NCBI GenBank assembly: GCA_964609095.1
Contig: CAZSQN010000003.1
Span: forward strand, 12,687 to 76,686
DNA from: an uncultured Gammaproteobacteria bacterium
GTDB taxonomy: Bacteria > Patescibacteriota > Patescibacteriia > CAZSQN01
Reading direction: 5' to 3'
Length of the DNA: 64,000 nucleotides
In this document: in pieces, positions 26,664 through 35,266 of the stretch
How the letters are laid out: each line of letters starts with the position of its first letter
How positions within the stretch are numbered: the first letter of the stretch is position 1
Program-made: the position numbers and the translations under genes
Notes under the pieces: model-generated
What the model saw: the letters and a program-made list of their open reading frames with translations, nothing else
Told to the model about the DNA's origin: nothing
Databases searched by the model: none

Positions 26664-27271
26664 AGATGCTTTTTGAGTGCGCGCTCAAAGTATCTGATTG
26701 CATGGTCCAATCTTTCGGGGCGAAGTGGTTTATAAAACTGCTTTTTGTGTATTTCCCCTTTAATGTTTCGCTCTCCATCCAGCATAGTGATAATCTCAAT
26801 GTCGAGATTTGGGAAATGATGCTCAAGAACTTTGACCGATGGACTCCCGTTCGGATGATTAACGGCGATGGAGTAATCACCGCCAAGCATACTCTCCAGT
26901 TGAAAAAGAAAAAATTTGAGTTTTGGAAAATGCTTTTTGAGCAAAAAAGCGTCAACTAATATCCGTTTATACATTGCGACCTCTGCATACGCCTTGCATT
27001 CAATCGAAAGCACAAATTCACCGTCAATATAAATCTGTTTGTCCTGCGATAGTTTATAAACATTTCCTTTTCCATCAACGATGGGATATTTTGTTTTGTT
27101 GATTTTAATACGTGCGGGTTTGCCGCCGATGTTCTTCCATGCAAGCAAAACCATCTCCTCAGCCATCGTCTCAACAAGAGTGCCTTTCAATGAACGCAAA
27201 ACACCACCTGCGCGGATGCGCCACATTTTTCGTATTGTTCGTTCATAAAATTTTATAAATTTGTCAAACAT
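26660..27271 (-). CDS. Putative Type II restriction endonuclease (PD-(D/E)xK), convergent with and 4 nt overlapping the methyltransferase gene.
   Basis: YIDGEFVLSIECKAY fits the D...E-x-K motif. 203 aa. Position fits a restriction-modification pair. Confidence 0.5.
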   Translation of the reverse strand: MFDKFIKFYERTIRKMWRIRAGGVLRSLKGTLVETMAEEMVLLAWKNIGGKPARIKINKTKYPIVDGKGNVYKLSQDKQIYIDGEFVLSIECKAYAEVAMYKRILVDAFLLKKHFPKLKFFLFQLESMLGGDYSIAVNHPNGSPSVKVLEHHFPNLDIEIITMLDGERNIKGEIHKKQFYKPLRPERLDHAIRYFERALKKHL

Positions 27272-27329
27272 ATTATTTCAGAAATAATCAACCGGCTTTT
27301 TGTGAATCCGCAGGTTTATTATCTATAAT

Positions 27330-28418
27330 TTAGTCCCCCAACTCCCAACGCAGCTCTTCCAAAAGCTCTTTCTGCCGCCGTGATAATTTTTGCGGAATAT
27401 CAACTAAAATCTCCACCAAGTGGTCGCCTCTACCGGACTTGCCCAAACGCGGCACTCCTTTGCATTTTAATTTCAACATCGTCCCGGGCAAAGTTCCAGC
27501 GGGAATTTTTAACTCCACTTCTCCGTCAACCGTTTCCACGGTCATGCTTCCGCCCAAAACCGCAAACGGATAAGTTATTTTTAATTTGGAAAAGATATCG
27601 TCTCCTTTGCGTTCAAATCTTTTGTCCTTTCTTACTTCTATGTTGATATACAAATCTCCGGCGCTTCCTCCGCGTATCCCCGCTTCTCCTCCGCCCGGAA
27701 CGCGCATAGTGCCGCCATCATCAACTCCGGCCGGAATTTTAACCAAAAACTTTTTCGTGCCTTTGGCAACTCCTGTTCCTCCGCACTTTTTACACTCCTC
27801 TTTTGGCTTGCTCCCCAGCCCGCCGCAGTCGCTACAGGTAACAACCGACTGCATCATGCCGAAAATAGTGCGTGAGGATTGCCTTACCTGGCCGGCTCCG
27901 CCGCAGGTTTTGCAGGTAATCATTTCCGTATTCGGCTCTTTGCCTGCTCCGTCGCACTCTTCGCAGGCAATTTCTTTGTAAAGCTCAACCTCGCGCTCCG
28001 TGCCCGTAACCGCGTCCATCAAGTCAATCGTCATATTCATCTCAATGTCCCGGCCGCGCTTGGAGCGGGTTTTTGTTCCGGTGCCGCCCCGAGATGAGCT
28101 GAAACCGCCTGAAAACATATTTCCCAAAATATCTCCCAGGTCTTCCATATTGATGCCGCCTCCCATTCCGCCAAAACCCTCAAAACCGGAAAATCCGCCT
28201 TGTCCGTTCTGGTCAAAGGCGGTTCCATATTGGTCGTATTGTTTGCGCTTTTTGGCATCGCCCAGCACCTGATACGCTTCATTGATTTCCTTAAACTTGT
28301 CCTGATTTCCGCCTTTATCAGGATGATGCTCGTGCGCGAGCCGGCGAAAGGCCTTTTTAATCTCGTCATCAGTCGCCTCCCGCCCAACTCCTAAGGTTTT
28401 GTAATAATCTTTGGACAT
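27330..28418 (-). CDS. dnaJ: Chaperone DnaJ.
   Basis: J-domain with HPD (AHEHHPDK), a G/F region, and four CxxCxGxG zinc-finger repeats. Confidence 0.95.
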   Translation of the reverse strand: MSKDYYKTLGVGREATDDEIKKAFRRLAHEHHPDKGGNQDKFKEINEAYQVLGDAKKRKQYDQYGTAFDQNGQGGFSGFEGFGGMGGGINMEDLGDILGNMFSGGFSSSRGGTGTKTRSKRGRDIEMNMTIDLMDAVTGTEREVELYKEIACEECDGAGKEPNTEMITCKTCGGAGQVRQSSRTIFGMMQSVVTCSDCGGLGSKPKEECKKCGGTGVAKGTKKFLVKIPAGVDDGGTMRVPGGGEAGIRGGSAGDLYINIEVRKDKRFERKGDDIFSKLKITYPFAVLGGSMTVETVDGEVELKIPAGTLPGTMLKLKCKGVPRLGKSGRGDHLVEILVDIPQKLSRRQKELLEELRWELGD

Positions 28419-28570
28419 GTTTTACTTAATTATTTACAATTATCTCCTGCCTTGATACTCTAAATCCGCGGTGGGGGTGGCTTAGTGTGGAATCTCGCCT
28501 CATCAACGAGGGTTCTCGGGGTGCAACTCCCCGCACCTCCACCGTCTCAAAAATTATTCAAGTATTACTC

Positions 28571-28670
28571 TTGACAATCATAATGATTATTTGCTATACT
28601 AAACATAGTTGATGAGGCGAGTTCCTACTCTAAGTTAGAACTCCGGAAAACCGCAGAAATGCGGTTTTTT
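28571..28670 (+). ncRNA. Candidate small RNA transcription unit: a sigma70-like promoter followed by a rho-independent terminator, inside a 272-bp insertion.
   Basis: TTGACA (28571-28576), an 18-nt spacer, then TATACT (28595-28600). Predicted transcript of about 64 nt ends at AAAACCGCAGAAATGCGGTTTTTT (28647-28670). A 14-nt inverted repeat CTCGCCTCATCAAC / GTTGATGAGGCGAG flanks the promoter. Confidence 0.45.
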
Positions 28671-28690
28671 GGTCTTCTAAATCTCATCTT

Positions 28691-28738
28691 CACTCGCCCC
28701 CGCCCGACTCCTAAGGTTTTGTAATAGTCTTTGGACAT
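28691..28738 (-). repeat. 47-nt direct duplicate (43/47 identical) of the dnaJ start region at 28372-28418, including the ATG and first 10 codons.
   Basis: Copy: CACTCGCCCCCGCCCGACTCCTAAGGTTTTGTAATAGTCTTTGGACAT. Native: AGTCGCCTCCCGCCCAACTCCTAAGGTTTTGTAATAATCTTTGGACAT. Confidence 0.8.
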
Positions 28739-28743
28739 TTCTA

Positions 28744-29457
28744 TTATTTTACCAAATCTATTATTTTTTCTATTGTTTGGGCTAATAGTTTAGATTCATG
28801 CTCTATCCATATAATATCCTTATAACCGGTAAACAGCTCCATTTGTCTATTTATATATCGCAAACATCTTTCTAATATTTTCTGTTTCGCGGTTTCAAAA
28901 TCAATCTCTTTATCCAAATAACTTACAAGCGGAACTACGGCATGGCCGTCTTGCATTACAAGCGTATCTCTATATTTCTTTAAATTTTGAGCGATCTCTT
29001 CAAGCAAACCTTCCTTGAAGGCCAGTTCAACTCTTTGGCTAATCTTCTTCTCTATATCAAAATTGGAGGGAAACTTTAATCCGATAATTTTACAGACTTT
29101 CATTTGTCGATTCAACCGATAGAAGTCCGAAAAATAGGTAGTAGAACCGCCCTCTATTATAGGCACTCCGCCGCTCTTAATAATTTCTAAACACTTATCT
29201 ATCACCATTTCAGAATATTTTATCGGATCAATAATATCTTCATCTGGTTCTAAAAGTTCATAGAGATGTTTCTTAACATCTTTTTCTTTCAGAGTATCCG
29301 ACAATCCCGAACTAATAGGAAAATGCTTAAAAAGATATATCTTATCGAGATTAATAACCTCTCCGTTACCCAGTTGTCTCGCAAGCGCAAAAGCAACAGA
29401 AGTTTTTCCAACTCCAGTAGGTCCAATTATAGCAATCGCGCCTTTGGTCTTGAGCAT
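28744..29457 (-). CDS. miaA: tRNA dimethylallyltransferase (short form).
   Basis: P-loop IAIIGPTGVGKTSVAFALARQLGNGEVINLDKIY. The start is taken at MLKTKGAIA to avoid overlapping dnaK. Confidence 0.75.
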   Translation of the reverse strand: MLKTKGAIAIIGPTGVGKTSVAFALARQLGNGEVINLDKIYLFKHFPISSGLSDTLKEKDVKKHLYELLEPDEDIIDPIKYSEMVIDKCLEIIKSGGVPIIEGGSTTYFSDFYRLNRQMKVCKIIGLKFPSNFDIEKKISQRVELAFKEGLLEEIAQNLKKYRDTLVMQDGHAVVPLVSYLDKEIDFETAKQKILERCLRYINRQMELFTGYKDIIWIEHESKLLAQTIEKIIDLVK

Positions 29458-29488
29458 TAATGGTAAATTATCTATAAACTGTAGGTTT

Positions 29489-31402
29489 TTATTCCTTCTC
29501 TTTAAACTCCGCATCCACGGTCTTTTTGTCGCCACCGTCTTCCTTTTTCTCTTCGGAAGCTGGCGCGCTTGTAGCGGCGTTGGCTTGGCTGTATAATTCC
29601 GCGCCGACTTTTTGCGATACGGTTGCCAGTTCATCTGCCGCCTTTTTCATAGCCGCGCCGTCTTCGCCTGCAAGCGTTTTCTTAAGCTCGACAAGTTTTT
29701 CTTCTATGGCCTTTTTATCATCTTCCTTGATTTTGTCCGCGTGCTCCTTGAGCATTTTCTCCGTGGTATAGCCAACCGTCTCGGCCAAATTCTTGGTCTC
29801 AATCAATTCTTTCTTTTTCTTATCCTCGTCCGCGTGCAGCTCCGCGTCATGCTTCATTTTCTCAATTTCTTCTTTGGAAAGTCCGGAAGAAGCAGTAATG
29901 GTTATTTTCTGTTCTTTATTTGTGGCTTTGTCCTTGGCTTTTACGTTCAAAATTCCGTTCGCGTCCAAGTCAAAAGAAACCTCCACCTGCGGCATGCCGC
30001 GCGGCGCCGGAGGAATCCCGTCCAAAATAAATCTGCCCAAGGTCTTGTTGTCAGAGGCCATGGAGCGTTCGCCCTGCAAAACATGGATTTCCACCGAGGT
30101 TTGTCCGTCGGCGGCAGTTGAAAAAACTTGCGATTTGGAAGTCGGGATAGTTGTGTTTCTGGTTATAAGCGGGGTCATTACCGAACCCAATGTCTCAATG
30201 CCAAGCGAAAGCGGGGTTACATCCAGTAGCAAGAGTTCGCCCTTGATGTCGCCCTGCAAATTTCCCGCCTGTACCGCGGCTCCAATGGCCACCACTTCGT
30301 CAGGATTTACGGAAACATTGGGCTTTTTGCCAAAAAACTTTTCAACAGACGACTGCACAAGAGGCATTCTGGTCATTCCGCCGACAAGGATAATTTCGTT
30401 AATGGCGCCGGCTGTAAGCTTGGCGTCTTCCAAGGCCTTGCGGCAGGGAGCCATGGTTTTCTCCACCAAGTCCCCGACCAGCTCTTCCAGCTTGGCGCGG
30501 GTCATCTTCATTACCAAATGCTTTGGCCCGTTGGCGTCGGAGGTGATAAACGGCTGGTTTATCTCCGTCTCCATTGTGGAAGAAAGCTCAATCTTGGCTT
30601 TTTCCGCCGCCTCTTTAATGCGCTGCAAGGCGAGCGGGTCCTTGCTCAAATCAATTCCTTCGGTTTTTTTAAATTCGTCAACAATCCAGACAATCACGCG
30701 CTGGTCAAAATCGTCTCCGCCCAGGTGCGTGTCGCCGTTGGTGGCTTTGACCTCAACCGTGTTCTGGTTCGCGGCCGCGTCAAAAGCGATCTCCAGCACG
30801 GAAATGTCAAAAGTTCCTCCGCCCAAATCGTAAACAACAATTTTCTCGTCTTTCTTTCTGTCAAAGCCGTAAGCCAAAGCCGCTGCCGTTGGCTCGTTTA
30901 AAATGCGCCTGACTTTGAGTCCGGCGATCTCTCCCGCGTCTTTGGTCGCCTGGCGCTGGGAGTCGTCAAAATAAGCCGGAACGGTAATAACCGCTTCCGT
31001 TATCTTTTCTCCCAAGCGCTCTTCGGCATCGGCTTTTAATTTTTGCAAAACCATAGCAGAAATTTCCTGCGGAGTATATTCCTTGTCTCCCATTTTAATC
31101 TTCACGCCTTCCCCCGCCTTCACAATTTCGTAAGGCATTAATTTTTTGTCGCGCTCCACTTCGCTGTCTCCCCAGCGCCTTCCGATAAGGCGCTTGATGG
31201 ATGAAAGCGTGTTCTTGGGATTGACAACCGCCTGGCGCTTGGCAAGCAAGCCCACGAGTTTTTCGCCTGTTTTGGAGGTAGCGACAATGGAAGGCGTTGT
31301 TCTTGCGCCTTCTTTATTTTCCAAAACCTTGGGCGCGCCGCCCTCTACGACCGCCACGCAAGAGTTAGTCGTACCTAAATCTATTCCGAGTATTTTTGGC
31401 AT
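29489..31402 (-). CDS. dnaK: Chaperone DnaK (Hsp70).
   Basis: [26 protein letters not shown] and the complete Hsp70 signature set. 637 aa. Confidence 0.97.
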   Translation of the reverse strand: MPKILGIDLGTTNSCVAVVEGGAPKVLENKEGARTTPSIVATSKTGEKLVGLLAKRQAVVNPKNTLSSIKRLIGRRWGDSEVERDKKLMPYEIVKAGEGVKIKMGDKEYTPQEISAMVLQKLKADAEERLGEKITEAVITVPAYFDDSQRQATKDAGEIAGLKVRRILNEPTAAALAYGFDRKKDEKIVVYDLGGGTFDISVLEIAFDAAANQNTVEVKATNGDTHLGGDDFDQRVIVWIVDEFKKTEGIDLSKDPLALQRIKEAAEKAKIELSSTMETEINQPFITSDANGPKHLVMKMTRAKLEELVGDLVEKTMAPCRKALEDAKLTAGAINEIILVGGMTRMPLVQSSVEKFFGKKPNVSVNPDEVVAIGAAVQAGNLQGDIKGELLLLDVTPLSLGIETLGSVMTPLITRNTTIPTSKSQVFSTAADGQTSVEIHVLQGERSMASDNKTLGRFILDGIPPAPRGMPQVEVSFDLDANGILNVKAKDKATNKEQKITITASSGLSKEEIEKMKHDAELHADEDKKKKELIETKNLAETVGYTTEKMLKEHADKIKEDDKKAIEEKLVELKKTLAGEDGAAMKKAADELATVSQKVGAELYSQANAATSAPASEEKKEDGGDKKTVDAEFKEKE

Positions 31403-31436
31403 AATTTTAGCTTTAAGTTATAAGTTTTAAGCTATA

Positions 31437-31478
31437 AGCTTATGGCCTATGGCTTACGGCTTATGGCTTATGGCTTAT
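31437..31478. repeat. Heptamer tandem repeat (TATGGCT)x6 in the grpE-dnaK spacer.
   Basis: The run tatggcc tatggct tacggct tatggct tatggct tatggct is visible directly. Confidence 0.85.
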
Positions 31479-31484
31479 GGCTAA

Positions 31485-31952
31485 TTATTTACTTATTATT
31501 ACTTTTGCCGACCGCAATATCTCATTTTGATATTTATATCCGGCTTGTATTTCTTTTAAGATTGTTCCCGACTCTCCCCCATCCTCGCTTCCCGCAGCTT
31601 CATGCAAATTTGGATCAAATTGCTCTCCGACGCACTTCATTTCCTCCACCCCAAACTGCTTTAACAATTCCTCCAGCTCCTTTTTAATAAGCAGGACTCC
31701 GGAAACCCATCCTTTTTCCATATCTTCTTTTGGAATATGGGCCATTGCCTCGCGGAAATGGTCCAGCGACGGAAGGAACGAAAGAATCACCGTTTGCGCG
31801 CCATATTTTAAAGAATCTGCGGCCGCGCGCTCCATTTGCTTTTTCAGATTCTGGTAATCCGCCATCGCCCGCTTCCATCCCAAAAGATATTCTTCATTTT
31901 GTTTTTTTAATTGTTCTAAATCTGGTTGTGAATTGTTTTCTTCCATAGCCAA
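31485..31952 (-). CDS. grpE: Nucleotide exchange factor GrpE.
   Basis: Coiled-coil N-terminus. C-terminus GVEEMKCVGEQFDPNLHEAAG. Confidence 0.85.
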   Translation of the reverse strand: MAMEENNSQPDLEQLKKQNEEYLLGWKRAMADYQNLKKQMERAAADSLKYGAQTVILSFLPSLDHFREAMAHIPKEDMEKGWVSGVLLIKKELEELLKQFGVEEMKCVGEQFDPNLHEAAGSEDGGESGTILKEIQAGYKYQNEILRSAKVIISK

Positions 31953-32011
31953 AGCGTTTAGCGATTAGCGTATAGCGTTTAGTTTTTACCCTAAACCCTA
32001 AACGCTAAACC
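31953..32011. repeat. Telomere-like heptamer element (reverse orientation relative to 22782-22848).
   Basis: GCGTTTAGCGATTAGCGTATAGCGTTTAGTTTTTACCCTAAACCCTAAACGCTAAACCCTATACCC. Its reverse complement aligns with the 22782 element. Confidence 0.75.
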
Positions 32012-32713
32012 CTATACCCTTAAATCACGAAGCATCTTGCGCGCATAGGAAATTAATGAATAATTACGGTCGTAGTTCATCCGAAGCGAACCCAAGACCC
32101 CTAAAATTCCCGACTCGTCTCCGGTATTAAAACGGGTGACAATGGTTCCGCAGCGGTCTCCGAATGGGCTCTCATGACCGACCAAAATCTGGATGTTATC
32201 AGGAACAGTTCCCCAGAGCGCCGCCATCACTTCGTCCAGCTTGTCCATGATTTCGGAAAAATCGCGCATAAACGCGGCTTCGGCAAATTCCGGTTTGGCA
32301 AAAAGCGCGCCAAAGCCCGTTGAATAATAATGCCGGGGAGTTAGTCCGACGATCACGGCTTCGCCCGTATTTACGGCCAAAAACTTGGCCACTGATTTTA
32401 AAAGCTCTTCCCTGTCGTCTTCTTTGGCCGCTTTCTGCCTGAATTCTTCCAGTTGCTTAACCTTTGTCTGTTTGGGCGAAAGAAAATTTTGAATGTAATA
32501 ACGGTAGCCGGTTTCGGTGGGCACGCGTCCGGCGCTCGTGTGCGGCGCAACAATAAATCCCCCTTCTTCCAGCTCAGCCATATCATTTCTAATCGTTGCC
32601 GGAGACACGCCGAACCGATATTTCTGAACGATAAAATTGGAGCCGACCGGCTCTGCCGTCCGCACGTATTCCTGAACTATGGCTTTTAACAATTGCTCCT
32701 GGCGAGTATCCAT
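32012..32713 (-). CDS. hrcA: Heat-inducible repressor HrcA (short form).
   Basis: N-terminal wHTH LLKAIVQEYVRTAEPVGSNFIVQKY...SPATIRNDMAELEEGGFI. A CIRCE element lies immediately upstream. Confidence 0.85.
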   Translation of the reverse strand: MDTRQEQLLKAIVQEYVRTAEPVGSNFIVQKYRFGVSPATIRNDMAELEEGGFIVAPHTSAGRVPTETGYRYYIQNFLSPKQTKVKQLEEFRQKAAKEDDREELLKSVAKFLAVNTGEAVIVGLTPRHYYSTGFGALFAKPEFAEAAFMRDFSEIMDKLDEVMAALWGTVPDNIQILVGHESPFGDRCGTIVTRFNTGDESGILGVLGSLRMNYDRNYSLISYARKMLRDLRV

Positions 32714-32731
32714 ATTTTCAATATAATATAA

Positions 32732-32758
32732 TTAGCACTCTACTGTCAAGAGTGCTAA
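32732..32758. promoter_or_regulatory. CIRCE operator (HrcA binding site) 19 nt upstream of hrcA.
   Basis: TTAGCACTC-TACTGTCAA-GAGTGCTAA, a perfect 9-N9-9 match to the CIRCE consensus. Confidence 0.95.
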
Positions 32759-32785
32759 TTTAGACCCGTTTTAATCCTATTTTAT

Positions 32786-33439
32786 CTATCGTGATTGGCT
32801 TATCTCAGACAAAAGAACATTTTCCACTATAATCCCGCGCGGGAAAAAGATGCGGGCAAGCTCATTTTTAAGGTCAATCTCCACCGAATCGCGGCGAAGC
32901 GAGGTGATATCCGGCTCATTGTAGCGCGAAGCAATCATGCGCACCCGGCTCTGAATTGTCGGCCGCACGATTTTGGCCACAAAGTCCTCGCCGATATTTT
33001 GCCAAATAGTGGGAATCTGATTTATGTCAAGCCGCAATAAAATAGTTCCCTCAACGTGAATTCTCTTCCCGTCAAGCGTTTGGGCGGAGATAGGCACATC
33101 GCCCATGGCCCGCACTTGTTCGGGGTCAAAATTGCGGTTAACGCCGTATTCCAACGTCTGCGTGTTAAAAAGTTTTGCCTTTTGCCAAAAAGGAATTTTA
33201 AGGTGAAGGCCCGGGGTCATCACCTTTTTAAGCACCCCCTGTCCCAAGTCATAAACGCAGGCAACATAACCCGGCGGGACATAAATAAACAGTCCCTTGA
33301 TTACGTCTTCCATCACGAAGGAATAAACGATTTTATCCAATGAATCAGCCATAGCTCGCTTTCCGGCCTCACTTATGTTCGGACTCAATTCTTCGTCCTC
33401 ACTTTCGTTCGGCCGCCGCTCGCTTCTGCGTCTATACAA
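32786..33439 (-). CDS. SPFH/Band-7 (stomatin/prohibitin/HflC-like) protein.
   Basis: VYDLGQGVLKKVMTPGLHLKIPFWQKAKLFNTQTLEY is a Band-7 core. The true start is probably the internal Met (MADSLDKIVY). Confidence 0.55.
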   Translation of the reverse strand: MYRRRSERRPNESEDEELSPNISEAGKRAMADSLDKIVYSFVMEDVIKGLFIYVPPGYVACVYDLGQGVLKKVMTPGLHLKIPFWQKAKLFNTQTLEYGVNRNFDPEQVRAMGDVPISAQTLDGKRIHVEGTILLRLDINQIPTIWQNIGEDFVAKIVRPTIQSRVRMIASRYNEPDITSLRRDSVEIDLKNELARIFFPRGIIVENVLLSEISQSR

Positions 33440-33460
33440 TAGACGCAGCTACATTAAGGT

Positions 33461-34147
33461 TTAATCCGTCGCTTCCTTAACCCATTTTATACCATGTTTC
33501 AGAAAGATAATCATAAAAGAAAAGAGCATTGATGTCAAGATAAAAAGCGACTTGGCCATAGGCAACGCCGCGAGCACCAAAAATGTCAAAAACGGAAAAC
33601 CAAAAGCATACCACACGTCGGAAGTCGCCACTTTTTTGCCAACATGAGTTAATCTGATTTCCAAAAAAAGAAGTACGGCCACCGCCGCGCTCCAACGCCA
33701 GTCCTGATGCGCGATATTAAAAGAAAAAAACTGCGTGTTCACGTAATCGGGGCGCGCGACCCAGCTATAGAGCTCGCGCATCTGCGGCGCGTTAAACCCG
33801 CCCAAGAATACCTGATAAAGCAAAATAAGCATCAAGCCCTGAATAGAGAGTGAAAACGCTTTGGACCAATAATTCACTTTATTCTCGCGCAAAAGCGAAC
33901 GGATGCGCTCCTTTTTTTCTTCAGAATCGTTTTTAAACCGTTCGCTGATTTTGGCGATCTGGCTTTCTATTTTGGCATATTTGTCTTTGCTCTTCTCGGA
34001 AGCGATGGAGAGCGGCAAAAGCAAAACGCGCAAAATAACGGTTAAAAAAATAACGGCTACGGCAAGCGAGCCGCCCGCCAAACCGTTATAGAGATAAATA
34101 AGAAAATTTAGGAGGGGAAGATAAAGAAAATTGTGCCAGATAAACAT
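33461..34147 (-). CDS. yidC: Membrane protein insertase YidC (short form).
   Basis: ILRVLLLPLSIASEKSKDKYAKIESQIAKISERFK matches the YidC/SpoIIIJ core. The start is taken at MFIWHNF, because the tracked N-terminus overlaps tRNA-Glu. Confidence 0.65.
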   Translation of the reverse strand: MFIWHNFLYLPLLNFLIYLYNGLAGGSLAVAVIFLTVILRVLLLPLSIASEKSKDKYAKIESQIAKISERFKNDSEEKKERIRSLLRENKVNYWSKAFSLSIQGLMLILLYQVFLGGFNAPQMRELYSWVARPDYVNTQFFSFNIAHQDWRWSAAVAVLLFLEIRLTHVGKKVATSDVWYAFGFPFLTFLVLAALPMAKSLFILTSMLFSFMIIFLKHGIKWVKEATD

Positions 34148-34213
34148 AGTTAATTGGTACCTCCAACCGGATTTTCCGCCCAAGGCGGACTGCGCTGACC
34201 CCACACTTTTCCT

Positions 34214-34288
34214 TAGCCCCAACCGGATTTGAACCGGTGTTCTTGCGTTGAGAACGCAATGTCCTAGACCGGGCTAGACGATGGGGCC
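34214..34288 (-). tRNA. tRNA-Glu (anticodon CUC), no encoded CCA.
   Basis: Manual cloverleaf. Acceptor GGCCCCA/TGGGGCT (G1-U72). D-stem GTCT/GGAC. Anticodon stem TTGCG/CGCAA with loop TTCTCAA. Variable loop GAAC. T-arm ACCGG-TTCAAAT-CCGGT. Discriminator A. Confidence 0.8.
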
Positions 34289-34349
34289 ATGGAAAAGTGT
34301 GGGGCAAGGAACGCGGTGCGAAGTCCCGTACCGAGCTTGCTCTGGTGCG

Positions 34350-34379
34350 GGATGCCAGACCGGGCTAGACGATGGAGGC
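34350..34379 (-). pseudogene. Degenerate partial duplicate of the tRNA-Glu 5' half, lying upstream of the intact tRNA.
   Basis: GCCTCCATCGTCTAGCCCGGTCTGGCA versus GGCCCCATCGTCTAGCCCGGTCTAGGA in the intact tRNA. The D-stem cannot pair and no T-arm follows. Confidence 0.45.
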
Positions 34380-34417
34380 ATCATATTTAACTCATACCCT
34401 ACCAGATTTTTCATTTT

Positions 34418-35215
34418 TTGAAAAGAAAGATTAATTTGACCCCCGCGCGCCAAACGGATACTATTAAATTGTTCTTTCAACAAAAAGGAGTCGAGGTGAA
34501 AACCGCAAAAACATTCTTGGCCATTCTGGGATTTGCCGCGGCTGCGGCCGCGCTCATCCTGCATTTTTACAATCCATTTTCCTCTCCGCCCTGGCGGCTT
34601 GAACGGGCGGCGTCAAACAATCGCGCCACCGTTCACATTGTAAATATAACGCAGACAAGTTTGGGTTCGGGGGTCGTCATCTCCCAAAACGGCGTCGTGC
34701 TTACGGCTATGCATATGGCCAATCCCGGGGACTTGCTTTTTGTCATCACCCATGAAAACGCCAAACCCGCCTACCACCTTGCGTCAGTCGGCATTGCCGA
34801 CAAACAATCGCAGCTGGCGATTCTTTTTACCAGAGACGCTCTGCCGCCGCCGGCGCGAATTGGCCGCACCAATTCTCTCCAAATCGGCGATTTCATCTAC
34901 AGCATTGGTTTTCCCGGCAATATGGCGAGAACAGTTACGAGCTTCGGCATTGTTTCTCAAAAATTCTTTTTCCCTCCTCAAAAGCCGCGGCGGCGCGCCA
35001 TCCTGGTTGACCTTGATCCCGTGCCGGGAATGAGCGGTTCCCCGGTTTTTAACAGCCGCGGGGAGCTTGTCGGCATTTTTGAAGCCGCTACGGGACAGAT
35101 GACCATGGGCGGCATCAGGCGCTGGGGAGTTATGAACTCCATTGACCCGCTTTCCAGCATCATCAGAAAACAGCTGGCCGCTTCCGGCCTGCCGGTTCCG
35201 GAAACGGTCAGATAA
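34418..35215 (+). CDS. Trypsin-like (S1, DegP-family core without PDZ) serine protease. The probable start is the GTG at about 34493.
   Basis: GSGVVISQNGVVLTAMH (His), GMSGSPVFN (Ser). AAGGAG lies 5 nt upstream of the in-frame GTG. The N-terminus after that start is a TM/signal anchor. Confidence 0.7.
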   Translation: MKRKINLTPARQTDTIKLFFQQKGVEVKTAKTFLAILGFAAAAAALILHFYNPFSSPPWRLERAASNNRATVHIVNITQTSLGSGVVISQNGVVLTAMHMANPGDLLFVITHENAKPAYHLASVGIADKQSQLAILFTRDALPPPARIGRTNSLQIGDFIYSIGFPGNMARTVTSFGIVSQKFFFPPQKPRRRAILVDLDPVPGMSGSPVFNSRGELVGIFEAATGQMTMGGIRRWGVMNSIDPLSSIIRKQLAASGLPVPETVR

Positions 35216-35266
35216 ACAAAATCCGCCCAAAAGGCGGATTTTTTAAAAACGGTAAAAGCTATAAGC

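Noticed and set aside
28450-28545. Possible tRNA in the 272-bp insert (GCGGTGG...CCACCGT acceptor-like pairing and a GGTGC...GCACC stem).
   Set aside because: No D-arm or anticodon arm can be formed, and the T-loop equivalent is 8 nt without TTC. It is better explained as the inverted repeats of the inserted element.
29793-30833. 346-aa plus-strand ORF and others antisense to dnaK. Likewise 20818..21285 and 21355..21669 antisense to the Gly-rich protein gene, and 34784..35274 antisense to the protease gene.
   Set aside because: They are shadow ORFs opposite high-confidence genes, Ser/Ala/Pro-rich with no motifs.
19888-32011. The (TTTAGGG)n arrays as evidence of a eukaryotic or plant contaminant, or a linear-chromosome telomere.
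   Set aside because: The arrays are only 3-4 units long, embedded between typical bacterial genes on both sides, and recur as a composite about 60-bp element in both orientations. That is a bacterial intergenic repeat, not a telomere.
19888-32011. Heptamer arrays and short repeats as CRISPR arrays.
   Set aside because: Units are 7 nt with no unique spacers, and there are no cas genes. Not CRISPR.
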